Shown: in pieces, positions 1 through 10,734 of the stretch
How positions within the stretch are numbered: position 1 is the stretch's first letter
How the letters are laid out: every line of letters starts with the position of its first letter
Origin: the human T2T-CHM13v2.0 reference genome, Homo sapiens
DNA length: 64,000 nucleotides
Reading direction: 5' to 3' (one strand)
Assembly (NCBI RefSeq): GCF_009914755.1
Contig: NC_060935.1
Made by a program: the position numbers and the translations under genes
Notes under the pieces: generated by a model
What the model was told of the DNA's origin: nothing
Seen by the model: only the letters and a program-made list of their open reading frames with translations
The model's database searches: none

Positions 1-672
1 CTGCACAGCTAATACACGGCCCTGCTGCATTCCCATCCAGTCCCTGCCACAGCGTCCCTGGGCCTGAGAACACAGCCCGCCACCGACACCAGCTTCCCGG
101 ACATCTGTGGAGAAAGAGAATACTCAAACATTAAATGCAATTTTCCTCCTTCTAAAGCATTTTGCATCAAGAAAGAAAGGGAGGGGGATCTAACAAAGCC
201 GCAGACCATGTATCAAAAAGCACAGCCCAAACATCTCTGGGTCCTCACTTCCCTGCATTCTCCTTTCTCCAGAAAAACAGTAAATTGCCTACTTCCTTCT
301 CCTGTGAGTTTGACAGAACAAAGAAGCACAGGACAAAAGCAGGGAAGGATGAAGTGACAACCACAGAACTATGGCTAATCAACTTGCCCCATATCAGAAA
401 GGCAATGACCAAAGCAAGGTCTTTCCGTGTGCCTGGGAAGAGGAGCTGCCCAGGGGAGGGGCTCTCCTTCCTGACTTGAGACCACTCATCATCCTGCCCG
501 GCAGATGGGATAGCAGCACCAGGAGGTGGAGAGAGGCAGAGGGAGGAGAGGAAAGAATGGAGTGATGGTGAATGAGGGAGAGAATTGGGGAAGAAGGGGT
601 AGGTCCAGAAGGCCAGGAGACCAGGCATGTTTACTTTGAAGTTTTCTTCTAGCCCCCAAGTCTATGAGGTCT

Positions 673-740
673 GGTGATTATGGGAGAAAGGGTGATTAGG
701 GGAGAAAGGGTGATGATTAGGGGAGAAAGGGAGATTAGGG
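673..740 (+). repeat. 18-bp tandem repeat GGTGATTAGGGGAGAAAG x~3.5
   Basis: Units at 673, 691, 709 (with a GAT insertion) and 730 (partial). Confidence 0.85.
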
Positions 741-1258
741 ACTCCAGGGCTTTCACTGGGAAAAGCCAAGCATGAAAGAAAAGGAAGCCTCTAGGTCTCT
801 AGGGTTAGGATAGACAAGGAGCAGCTGAGAGAATGTGGAAAGCAGAAAATGGGGATGTGAATACATGAGAGAGGCTCTGAGATGACTAAAAGAGAAAAGT
901 CACCAAAGTCACCAAAGATGGAATAGTGAGCGGAATGGAGGTAGGCAGTGAGATGCATCTATAACTCACCTTATTCCTGTCCTCCACCTCCTGGGCCAAG
1001 GCAGGGGCACACGATTCTCCAGCCTGGGACCCCAGCTGCCCCTTTCATAGCCGCAAAATCTCTTTGCAAGCTGTGGTTTGTGGGCCTCTGTAGTGCCTGA
1101 GTTCCCCACTAGCCCGAGCTCTATGAGAAAGTAGGTTTGTCTCACGCCCCAGGTTGGCACTCAGGGGTCACTGGTTGGGTGGATGGACAAATGAATGCAG
1201 GGGGCTCTTTCACCCAACGTGACTGATCCTCCACAGGTCTCTTTCAGGGGTCCCAACC

Positions 1259-1414
1259 CTACTCCCCGCCAGGCTCTGTGCTGTGTGTGGGGGGCTGCTT
1301 CTCTTCCCTCCTGATTTCCAGCTTTGCCTCCAGATCTGTCTTAGAGATGAGAAGCACAAGGTCGGCAGAGGTGTGGTCTTTGCGTTTGTCTGCTGCCTCC
1401 AATCTGTGCCCCGG
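1259..1414 (-). CDS. Spliced 78-aa smORF, coding part 3 (PGHRLEAADKRKDHTSADLVLLISKTDLEAKLEIRREEKQPPTHSTEPGGE*)
   Basis: Strong pyrimidine-rich acceptor at 1416-1415; open in phase 0 for 51 codons to TAG at 1261-1259. Confidence 0.3.
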   Translation of the reverse strand, partial: PGHRLEAADKRKDHTSADLVLLISKTDLEAKLEIRREEKQPPTHSTEPGGE

Positions 1415-1704
1415 CTGGGGGAGGCGGGGAGAGGGATGGGAGGTAGGAGGTGGAGAAGGGGCTCTATGAATACTGGAGGAGTAGAGAATTTTAGCCAGAG
1501 ATTTCTTTTTTATTGCAAGGAATGGGAGAGAAGGTAGTGGGACAGCAATGTCTTTTCCAAGCTGACCCTTGGCTCAACATGAAAAAAAAAAAGGCAGCAG
1601 TGGAAAGTGATGTCAGGATACCAGTAGTGTGTTTGAAAGGCAGGATCCCTGGGTCCAGTACCAACTGGCCCTGCACTCCCAAATCCAAGGCACTTCTACT
1701 GTAG

Positions 1705-3060
1705 TTTTTCAACAAATTTATATTCTGACCTGAGCTATACTAGATAGTACTCAGTGCTAGGATCAGGGCAGAGAGCAACATAGACCCCCTAGGCCCCCGT
1801 CCCAGTGGTGCATATGGCCTGCAGGGAGATGGGGGATTGAGCTTGCGAAAAGCTCTGTGGCAGAAAAGCACAGGAGGCTCTGAGAGCACAGAACAGGCCA
1901 CCTGGCTCCACCTGGGAGGTCAGGGAAAGCATCTCCTATGAAGTGACTTTCAGGAAGAGGCTGAGGAGCAAGGAGGAGGAGCCCAGAGACGATGGAAAGG
2001 GATGGCACGGACCTGGTAGGCAGCCCTGGTTGGAGGAAGCCTGGCCTGCCTCAACCACAAAGAGGCTGCTATGGCTAAAGTGTAAAGATAAGAATGGGCC
2101 TAGGCAGCTCCACTGCCAATGAAAAAACAGAAAGGCTGGGGACACAAAGACCGCCCTGGAAGCTGAGAGTGACCGAAAGCAATAGGCCTGCATACATGTA
2201 AAGTTGAGGCCTGCGTACGTGAAACCACCTAAGACGTGCAGTGACTCAGGAACAAAATGAGTCGGGCAGAGGAGGCCCACTGTGCCTTAGGAAAGGTGGG
2301 GAGTGAAGGAAGGTGGGCACCATGGAAACAGAGCCGGAGGACCCAGCTGGGTGCTGGGAGCAGCATTTGTAGCATCAGGGGATGCAGAGAGCAAGTCCAG
2401 GCTCTGCACTCACCATTGAGTTAGGCTGCGTACAGCCAATTTTAGCTCTGCATCCCAGACTGCAAAGATGGCAAGTGTTCAGGAAAAGGAATGAGCTCAA
2501 ATAAGTAGGGGAGTCTTGGAGAAGGAAGTAGAAAAGGCTGGAGTTGAAGACGACCAAAGGATGGGTAAATGAGGTGGAGGGTATTCCTGGGTGGGGAAAG
2601 AAAAGCAAACCTGAGGGAGGGTGCACCCGGATTGTATAGGGGGCAGCTGGTCAGGGAGATGGGTCGGACATGCAGGGCACCGGGCAAGGAGGGCCTTTGA
2701 GTTCTTGTCAGGGGACGTCCATGAGAGGCCAAAGAGCATCAGTGGAGGATTTTGAAAGGTGAGCGGCAAAACAGTGTAGGTGGGGGAGAGATTAATCCAA
2801 CAGTGGTGGACAGCCCGGAAGGGAAAGAGGGGAGGGAGGCAAGTCAGGGGCCGCAGCAGCCTAGGCTGGGCAGGATGGGACTGAGGGGTGCACTGCAGGC
2901 AGGGGAGAAAATGCCAAGTCCGAGCATTTCTGAGCAGTAGCATGGACTGGGAGTGTCGGTGGAAAGCTGGCTCCTGGGTCTGAGTGACTGGGTGAAGGCA
3001 GGGGCAGTCTCTGCAGAAGGGCAGGCAGGGCTGGGGGAGGCCAGGAAAACAGATGGGGAA
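1705..3060 (-). mobile_element. Old L2 LINE remnant
   Basis: Antisense L2 3'-end signature (ttcaacaaattta...cagggaaagcatctcctatgaagtgac) followed by purine-rich degraded ORF2-like sequence. Confidence 0.45.
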
Positions 3061-3719
3061 GGGGTCACTTTTGAGGAAACCCAATATACAAAATAAATTA
3101 AAGGGAGCTGCCCTGGTTTGAAAGTAGAGGCACTATGAGCCCTAGCCCTCAGCCCCCCACCCTCACACTCAGATCTTGAGGACTTCCCAGAACAAGGCTG
3201 GAAAGTCCCTGTTAGAGCAGCTGAAGATCATGGACCAACCCTGGGGCAGAGATCAGGGTCAGAGATGAAGATCTGGGGTCACCAGCATGGAGCTGATAAC
3301 TAAAGACACATATGGCATCACCCAGAAGGACAGAGGCGGTGCAGGGCTGAGCGGTGGGGAGGCTCCCGCTAAGCACCCACCCTGTTTTGCCATTTCAAAT
3401 GCCAGCTCCACGGTGCCACAGACACCATCTCCTGCTCAGGACTGTCCTTCCTGCACTGCCTCTCCTGTATCAGATTCTGTCTGACTCCATCTCTCCCTCC
3501 CTTTCTATGTGCCCCTGGTCCAGCACACAGCCAGCCTCCTTGTCTTCTTTGCTTCTTTCTCTCTTCCTTCTCCCACCTGCACAGGCACCCGTCCATCTGG
3601 GCTCCTTGCTTTAGACTCTCTGAAGCTTCCCACCGCCACTGCCCCCTCATCAGGTCTTTTTGGGTGGCATTTCTGATTTATTTTTAGCCCCTGTGCTATC
3701 CTGAGGATGTGAACAATAT

Positions 3720-3830
3720 TCCTGAGTCATGATTTTGCACGGAAACAGAGGCAGACACTCCCTGCACATCTCTGAAGATGGCTTATCAACCTCTCGCCAG
3801 GCCTACAGGGGAGAGAGCTTTATCTGACAG
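3720..3830. promoter_or_regulatory. AP-1 + GATA motif cluster
   Basis: TGAGTCA 3723-3729; CTTATCA ~3782; TTTATCT ~3819. Confidence 0.3.
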
Positions 3831-3957
3831 TTCCTCTTCTGGATGGACGTTTTTCCTTCTTCTCCTCCACCTCCAGCTCAGCCTCCAGCTGCTCCAACCC
3901 AGCGGGCTTCAGTCAGAGAAGCCAGCTGTTCTGGGGCAGCAACTTGAGCTAACTTAC

Positions 3958-4028
3958 CCGTATCCACATCACATCCTCAGCAGAGTTGGCTTCAGGAAAA
4001 AGGGATTGTGCGAAAGCCTCTGGTGTTT
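3958..4028 (-). CDS. Spliced 78-aa smORF, coding part 2 (ETPEAFAQSLFPEANSAEDVMWIR)
   Basis: 71-nt exon with AG acceptor and GTAAGT donor; only one of three frames is open, and it is the frame set by part 1; it ends in phase 0. Confidence 0.3.
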
Positions 4029-4249
4029 CTGTTATTGAAAACAGAGAGCAAACCAGTTCAGAGAATGAGCAAGGTGAAACTGTTTCTAAAGAGTCCTGTA
4101 TTGGGGGCCAGAGACTTGGGTTCTAGGCTTGTCACCTTAAACAAATCACTGAATTCCACTCAAGGAGTATTTTCCAAATCCCTCCTCTCTGCGAGGCTCC
4201 AGCCTGGGTTCTGGTTTCACTTGAGTAAAACAAGCTGATCCTAGTAAAT

Positions 4250-4420
4250 CATAATAATGGCTGTATTTATTGAACAATTACCACATGCAATGCAACATAC
4301 TAGACACTCAGAAACACTGACATTTTTCACAGGAAGAAACTGGATCTCAAATTGTTAATGAAGTGGTATGGCCAAGAAATCTGGATTTAAAATCATTTTG
4401 GTGTCATCAAATCCCAGGTA
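4250..4420 (-). mobile_element. MIR
   Basis: gtatttattgaac...catttttcacaggaagaaactgg, antisense MIR core. Confidence 0.5.
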
Positions 4421-4474
4421 TATCCACTCCAACTCTCTCTTTCTTCCTGGGCCTCTTCTAGCCCCAATCGTTAC

Positions 4475-4484
4475 CTGCCCCCAT
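4475..4484 (-). CDS. Spliced 78-aa smORF, coding part 1 (ATG GGG GCA G)
   Basis: ATG at 4484-4482 in strong Kozak context (GCAATGG), with an in-frame TAA upstream; phase-1 donor GTAACG at 4474. Confidence 0.25.
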
Positions 4485-4555
4485 TGCAGAAGAAAGAATA
4501 ACCAAATCTTAGACAATTACCCACTTGCCAGGTGCCCCGGCTGGCAGGGTAAAAT

Positions 4556-4636
4556 TCAGTGTTTGGGGAGCTCAGAATGATGAGGGATTTGGAGATCCTT
4601 CACGCTACGGAAAACAGTCACCAAGCAGGACCCCAT
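4556..4636 (-). other. Upstream ORF, 26 aa (MGSCLVTVFRSVKDLQIPHHSELPKH*)
   Basis: AGCATGG Kozak context; TGA at 4558-4556, ~70 nt before the smORF ATG, inside the predicted exon. Confidence 0.3.
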
Positions 4637-5449
4637 GCTTGGCTAAGCCTGTGAAATATCTAGACATAAAACATCTCTGCCAGCCAATGCTCCCAAATGG
4701 AGAAAAAAACATTTTGTGTCTGTGGCAAGATTTCACCCAATTCTATCATCCAAATTTTTAAAAGTAAATTCATTTGAATTTTGTCATGTAGTATCCAATG
4801 CGACAGGATCATCAAGTGTAAGATTACAGTGTCAAACCGGAAAGACCCAGCTTCCTGGCCCCTTCTCCCATGTCCTCTCTCTCTCTGTCAATCTCTCTCC
4901 CTCCCTCCCTTTTCTCAACAGCAATGCGCTTCCCCCTCCCCTGGCCCCACACACATACCTTTGGCTGCAGCTTGAGAACCACTGCTTGCCTTTTAGATGC
5001 TTTGTGATTTCCCAATAGAAAATATAAAACGATGTGCAAATTACATGGCTGGGGTAAGAGGTGGGAAAGAGAAAGAAGTCCTGAATCAAACTCAGAGACT
5101 AGTTTCTTCCAGATGGACGTGAATAATCCCAAGGGTGTTGCTCAGAGAGGGGCCGGTCTGCTGACCATGATGCAAGTCCTGGGACCCGGCTGTTCCCTGT
5201 AGGATATTAGTCACTTCATAAAACCTCTAGGCCAGTTTCCCAGGCTGTGGGGCCCTATAGGCAATTTCCCATAGGGTCTCAGAGCCTGAGAACCTGTGCA
5301 TCTCACTGCCTGGTGGTCGGTTCATGTTGCAGCAGATGTGATTTGCCTCTTGAAACATGACTTCAGCAAATGTCTCAAGACAAAGCTGTAAACTTTCTTA
5401 ACTTCTCTCGCAGAGGGAGCTCCAGGACCCAACCCAGCATCCCTCCTTC

Positions 5450-5690
5450 TGGCCATGACACGTGTCGGAGCCTGGGGAAATACAGAGCTTTTGCCTTGAG
5501 GAAATGCCACACGTGTGTTTCCAAGAAGCCACACGCTGGGAGTTCCAGGGATGTTCTTGGGGCAGATGAACGGACAGCAAAGAGCTTGGAGCAGGAAGTT
5601 CGGTCCCCAAGGCACTTCCGAGAGGAAGCTGAGGAGGGAGAAGCGTGGACTCGTAGGTGGCCAGATTCAGAGGTCACTCAGCACGAGTCC
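5450..5690 (-). promoter_or_regulatory. Promoter-like motif cluster upstream of the minus-strand exons
   Basis: CACGTG E-boxes (~5459, ~5510), STAT TTCCAAGAA 5519-5527, kB-like GGGAGTTCC 5538-5546, ETS CAGGAAGT ~5592 and CACTTCCG ~5613, ARE-like GTCACTCAGCA ~5673; locally elevated CpG. Confidence 0.45.
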
Positions 5691-6339
5691 CTCCCACAAC
5701 ACTCCTGTCTTGCAAGCCTTGGGTCTTAGCTTAAACTCCACCTTCCCCTCCCCAGCAACCGATTTCACCCTTGGATTCCTTTCTAGGTTTTAACATTCTT
5801 CAGCAGCTGACAATCACATGGCAGGGCAGGGTGGTAGGGATATCTCATCAATGATGGAGTAAGGAAACACACTTATTCATTATTCACTAAGTCTATCAGC
5901 CCTAAAGGTTTCTTATTTCCAAACAGGAATGAATTCAGATTTAAAAGAGGGAGAGATCAGAATGGATGACGATTAGAAGAAGAGAGGAAGAGGGAGGCAA
6001 TGCAGCCAAGACACCAGACCAGGAGGGGAAGAGCTCCAGGCATCAGATATCTGTGCTGGGCGGCATCGCCCGACCCACAGGTGAGCACAGGTCCAGCCGG
6101 GGTCTTATGAAGAATGTTCTTGTGTGGACGTGAACACAGTCAGCGATGCTGTAGAGGTGACTCCCTGGACACACTCCCTTCGGGTGGCCCTGATCACCAG
6201 CCACTTGAGTTCTTGTGTCTGTGTCTTGATCTATCCCCAAATGATAATAGCAGCTTAGGATAAAGCTAAAAGCATGCCTCCTAAAAAGCAAAACTGGTAT
6301 TTTCCTTCTTGATGATGAAATACATAAATGTGTCACTTT

Positions 6340-7189
6340 GTAGTGAAAAGGTGATGCCTCCGTAATCAGAGAGGTCACCTTGAGGCCTGAGTATGTAGTT
6401 TGAGGCTGAGGGCACAGCCCTTTGTTCCAAAAGCTCCTTGCAGTTTTGCTGTTGCTTAGGTTAGGTGGTTGTTTTTACTTTTTTTTTTTTAAACTTGTTT
6501 TTGTAGTGGCATCAATGTTCACATTCTATGAACTCTGTCCCCTAGAACCCAGACATCTTTTCTAGAAACCAAGATATTGTTTGCTTCCTTGAATTGTCTT
6601 TAGAAGTGCAGAATTTAGGAATTAGGAAAGTGATGGGTGGATGTCACCCTGCCCCTTGTGATTGACTCCTGAGAGTTCGGAGGGTACCACGCCCACCATT
6701 GACTTGAGCCGCTGTCTTTTCTTGTGTTTGTGGCCATCATTGCCCCAGCTGTGCTAAGGAGACCTGTGTCAAAACTTACATCCCACATTCCTGCTTTCCA
6801 CAACCTATTACCTGCAGTGTTAACCCTAAAATGCCCACATGTATTGAGCTGGTCTTCTGCATTTAAGGATTTATCCCCCGTCCCCCAGCACCTCTGTGTG
6901 TAGGGGTAGCGTTCATAAACCTGAGTTTGCCTTTGTTTTCTGCCCTTGTTAGACCCTGGTACATGCAACAGACTCAGATTTATATTCGTTGTAAAGTTGT
7001 AAAAATATTATGAAGTCATCAATTTTCCTTCCGTCTCCACATCGCTTAACATCTGATTCACAACTTAATGTATGTCCCAAAAAAAGAAAAGAAAAAAAGG
7101 TTGGGGGGGAGCAAAGACAGGCTCTTTATCACTTAAAAGCAATAAAACTAGACTGTTCTACATTATATAATAATTAATAAATAAAATAA
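6340..7189 (+). pseudogene. 5'-truncated processed retrocopy, probably 3'UTR only; parent unidentified
   Basis: TSD ATAAATGT(G/A)TCACTTT at 6324-6339 and 7190-7205; AATAAA 7141-7146; decayed A-rich tail 7165-7189; U-rich 3'UTR-like body with no recognisable TE. Confidence 0.75.
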
Positions 7190-7584
7190 ATAAATGTATC
7201 ACTTTAGTTGTGAGGCAGTAGTGTCAGCTAACATAAAACTAACATAAAAACCAAATAAGATTTAAAAAAAAAGGAGTCCAGAATCTGGGGCCTTATCCTT
7301 TATTCCAACCCCCAAAGTCAACTGTCTACCTGCAGTATGGGCTCCTCAAATCCCTGGGAGGGGCTCTAAACCCACCATTGACCTTTCTTGAAGGTCTACC
7401 CAAGAAGCTTGACTCTGAATCAAAGAGTAAAGGTCAGGGCGAAGGAGAAATCAAGAAGCTTGGGAGAAAACAAAAAGAACATGCCCAGGCCATCCAGGGA
7501 TCTAACTTGCCAAGTTTTAAACCAACCTTCTGAGCTCTAACAAAATGCACACCCCAGGGTATTAGGACTGATTTACTCTGGCCT

Positions 7585-7830
7585 GAGGTGACTTCCTGTT
7601 TTTGAAGAGAAGAGGTGGGTAGCAACTCAGAGATGGGTTCTGGGCACCGGTCGGCTTTGACAAAACAGTCCTCGCTTGACTTCAGCATAACTGGGGCAGA
7701 TAGGGCGAGATAGGATTACTCCCCAAACAAGAAGTTTCACAACCAGGCAGGCCGCGTGCCTAGGAGAGCGGGCAGCGGGGTTGGGGGGTGGGGTGGGGGA
7801 ATGCCAATGCAGGGGCGGGGCTCCCGGGCC
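7585..7830. promoter_or_regulatory. GC-rich promoter/enhancer-like element
   Basis: ETS ACTTCCTG ~7591, G-tract/KLF boxes 7777-7799, CCAAT 7804-7808, GC box GGGGCGGGG 7812-7820, several CpGs. Confidence 0.5.
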
Positions 7831-8479
7831 TGAGAGAGAGGTGACAGGCACCGGTGAACTTGCAGGGTGACTGGCTTCAGTTGTCTTTTTTCAGCAGGAA
7901 ACCAAAAAACAGTGCTAAAAGAAGGTGACTGAGAATCAGGAAGACATACTAGCTGCTACTGCCTGTTGCCGGCCTTCTTGCACTTACTCCCCCCATTTAA
8001 TCACCAGAAGGGAACTCACAGAGGGCAGCAGCTCATTGCAGGGACCATAGAACTAAGGTGCACAATCAGCTCAGTAGGGCAACAACCCACACTGAATTTT
8101 TTAAGTAAGACCAAGTTTCAAATACCTCAGTCAATAAAAGCCAGCAATTAGACCACGTGTCCTGTTTCAATAACGAGAGTGAGGTTGCCACCACCATGGG
8201 CAGCAATAAAGTTGTGAGCTTGGCTCTGACTTTGCATCAGGGGTGCCCCCGGCTCGGCAACCACTCTACATCAAACAGCTCACAGATCCCCTCCTCCACT
8301 CACCCTTTTCCCCCCCGCAGGTGTTCTTTTTCTGAATAGCAACAACTACCACACCCCAGCGTGTTGTTTGTTCACTGGTGTTCCTCCATTTTACCTTGAA
8401 ACACAAGAAAGCATCCAATAAATAATGGCTAAAAGAGTGAGTCAATGTAGGAATCTATTATCTACGTTTTTCCAGCCAA

Positions 8480-8585
8480 GCTTCTTATGAATAAGGCCCA
8501 CGATCAGAGTTTTACAATTCTGTATCTTCTCGGTGTCCTGTACCCAGTAGATGCTTTAATAAACACGCACTGACAGATCAATTCC
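8480..8585 (+). mobile_element. L2 3' end
   Basis: ctgtatcttc...cagtagatgctttaataaac resembles the L2 terminus. Confidence 0.4.
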
Positions 8586-9099
8586 AGTGGATCCTAGGTC
8601 TGGATGAAAAGAAAGGAATAAAGGACAGGATCCCAGAGGGCAGGAGGGCCCACACTCGGTGATGCTGGGTGTTACAGAGAATGCGCCTGTCACCAGGATC
8701 CCGACACTTAGGGTGCTCACTCAACACCCCTGTGCCTGGACCTTGGCTTGCCTCAGCCCAGAGAATGCTGCCTGGCAGTCACGTTCCTCCCCCACCAACT
8801 TCTCTTTTCCTCGGACGCTCTGTTTACAAGCTTTCCCCAACCTACACTCAGTGTGACCTGGTCTCCACGCGGTTTCTGACATTCCCACACCTAAGTCCAC
8901 CAGACCCACTTGCTCTTGCACCCCATTTAGAGATATGAAACCCTTGGTTTTTACCTAGCAATCAATCTAACTGCAGCTGACTTTCTCCAGGGGTGAATCT
9001 CTCTGACTAGGAAAGCACTATAAATTTGAGGGTGGGATAGGAATAAGACTGGAGAAGGGTGGAAAAGACCCAGTCATCTTACTTTTTTGTTCTGTCTAA

Positions 9100-9290
9100 C
9101 AATTGCAGGTGCTTTCATACAAACCTGTTGCCCTTAGCAACCATCCCAAGGACTGTAAGTTAAGGTTTCCATTTCCATCCCACAAACAGAGCATGAAGGC
9201 ACAGAAAGGTCAACCCTCACAGTATGCTGCTGGGGCACAGTCCTTCTGGCCCGGCTCCCACACACAGACTCCCTGTGCAGTTCTGTGGGG
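9100..9290 (-). mobile_element. MIR
   Basis: Degraded antisense MIR (tgctttcatac...gaaggcacagaaaggtcaa). Confidence 0.4.
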
Positions 9291-9299
9291 TAGTCCAAC

Positions 9300-9510
9300 C
9301 CAGCACAGGATCTGGGATCAGAGAGACCTGAGTCTAAATTATGCCACTGCTAACCTTGAAAAATGTATTTAAACTCGCTAAGCCTTGGTTTTTCTCATGT
9401 GAAAATTAAAAAAACGAAACATCTAGCTCACAGAGTGTGTGTGTTATTTAAATGAGATAGCAGCAGACACAAAATGCCTGGTCTGCATCTAGGCATTGCA
9501 GATATTTGAT
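9300..9510 (+). mobile_element. MIR
   Basis: gacctgagtctaaatt...gccttggtttttctcatgtgaaaatt...ttaaatgagatag. Confidence 0.6.
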
Positions 9511-9789
9511 AGGGCAAAAGTCAGCATGTAAAACTGTTTTTTTTTTCTAGAATGCCAGGCACAATACCAGGTTCAGCAAAGCTTGCAAAAATAATACTAG
9601 CCACCAAAACGAATGAGAAAAGGGAGGACAAAAAAGGAGAAGAAAAAGAATTAAGGTAATTAGTCTATTTGCACTAAAATAATAATTGTAACAGTAAGTA
9701 AGCTAGCTGCTATTTGGATGGCTGGAAAGTTGTTAACCACAACATAATGCAGTGATTGCTAATATATATATTACACAGAGGAAGGATGG

Positions 9790-10170
9790 AGGGACGCTTT
9801 CTGTATAGGAAGGCCTCACACAGTACCATCTGAAATGGGTCTTTATGGATAAGTTGGACTCTGACAAGGAAGGAAGAGAAATGTTAGGCAGAAGGACTCA
9901 CACATCATAAGCCAACACCCTGTGTTTGGAGGGGGGCTGAAGCAGGGGCCGCCTAGGGAAGTGTGCGGGAAAGAGACTGGGAAGGTAAGAGGGGCCATAC
10001 CATGAAGGGCTCGGTTTGCCTGACTGAGAAATGAGACTTTATCTCTGAGGCCTCAGAGGTTCCCAGTAGCAGGAGGTGGGGAGACATGACCATATTTGCT
10101 TTGGAAAGAACTATGGTGGCTGGGTAGGGGACACAGAGGAGGGGAAGTTGGAGCAAGGAGACGATTAGCA
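9790..10170 (-). mobile_element. L2 remnant
   Basis: ggaaggcctc...catgaagggctc...gactttatctctgagg...gacatgaccatatttgctttggaaag, antisense L2. Confidence 0.55.
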
Positions 10171-10734
10171 GTCACTCCAAATAGGAAAGTCACACATGGA
10201 TAAATGGCACCATATGGCAAAAACAGTGAAATCTTCAACGTCAAAGGTGAGCCCCAGAATCACTAAAAACTAAATCCTAGGTTGGGTTCCCTGGCCTAGG
10301 CGATTCCTCTGCCTCTGTGCAAGAGTCACCATGAACCCTATCTCTGCCTTCCAGCTGCCGTCCAATCCAAGATAAAGGTGAGTAATCCAAAGGAAAGAGC
10401 CCCGAAAACCAAAGGGAATATTTATTTTAAGTAGTTTGACGTCTGTAGGAAGGGGGAAAAAAATCTACCAAGGCCTGAATGGGGAGCCATGACATTCACA
10501 GAGCCTAGCCATTGTGTAAAGAGAAAAGTTCCTCAAGATTATGTTTGTCCAAGAAATCAGACAGTTTACGGTCCCCAAGTCAAAACACTCAAGGATTGGA
10601 AGCCAGAGTTTCCTGGGCTGAACCCAGTTACTAACTAAAGTGAAAAGGAAAGAGTAATGAGATGCCATGAATTGTTGTTAAGCGGGTGGAGTTGGTTGCC
10701 AAGGCTTGAATCCAGCAGATGCAACAGCAGAAAC

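Larger units (their letters stand above)
1..5048 (-). ncRNA. Putative multi-exon lncRNA/smORF transcript; predicted exons 4959-5048, 4475-4648, 3958-4028, 970-1414, <1-104
   Basis: Minus-strand splice sites. Acceptors: cttctttctctttcccacctcttaccccag|5048, tatttcacag|4648, ctctctgttttcaataacag|4028, ccctctccccgcctcccccag|1414, ttctctttctccacag|104. Donors: AAG|GTATGT (4959), CAG|GTAACG (4475), CGG|GTAAGT (3958), AAG|GTGAGT (970). A promoter-like cluster lies at 5450-5690. No transcript data available. Confidence 0.5.

Noticed and set aside
2497-3084. Longest ORF in the track (195 aa)
   Set aside because: Non-ATG start, Pro/Leu-rich low-information sequence overlapping a probable L2 remnant, no domain
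1-5700. Assigning a known LINC/Corf gene name
   Set aside because: I could not verify any identity from the sequence alone; BLAT is needed
5960-6230. Possible coding part of the retrocopy
   Set aside because: It lies outside the TSD (insert starts at 6340) and no frame matches a protein I recognise
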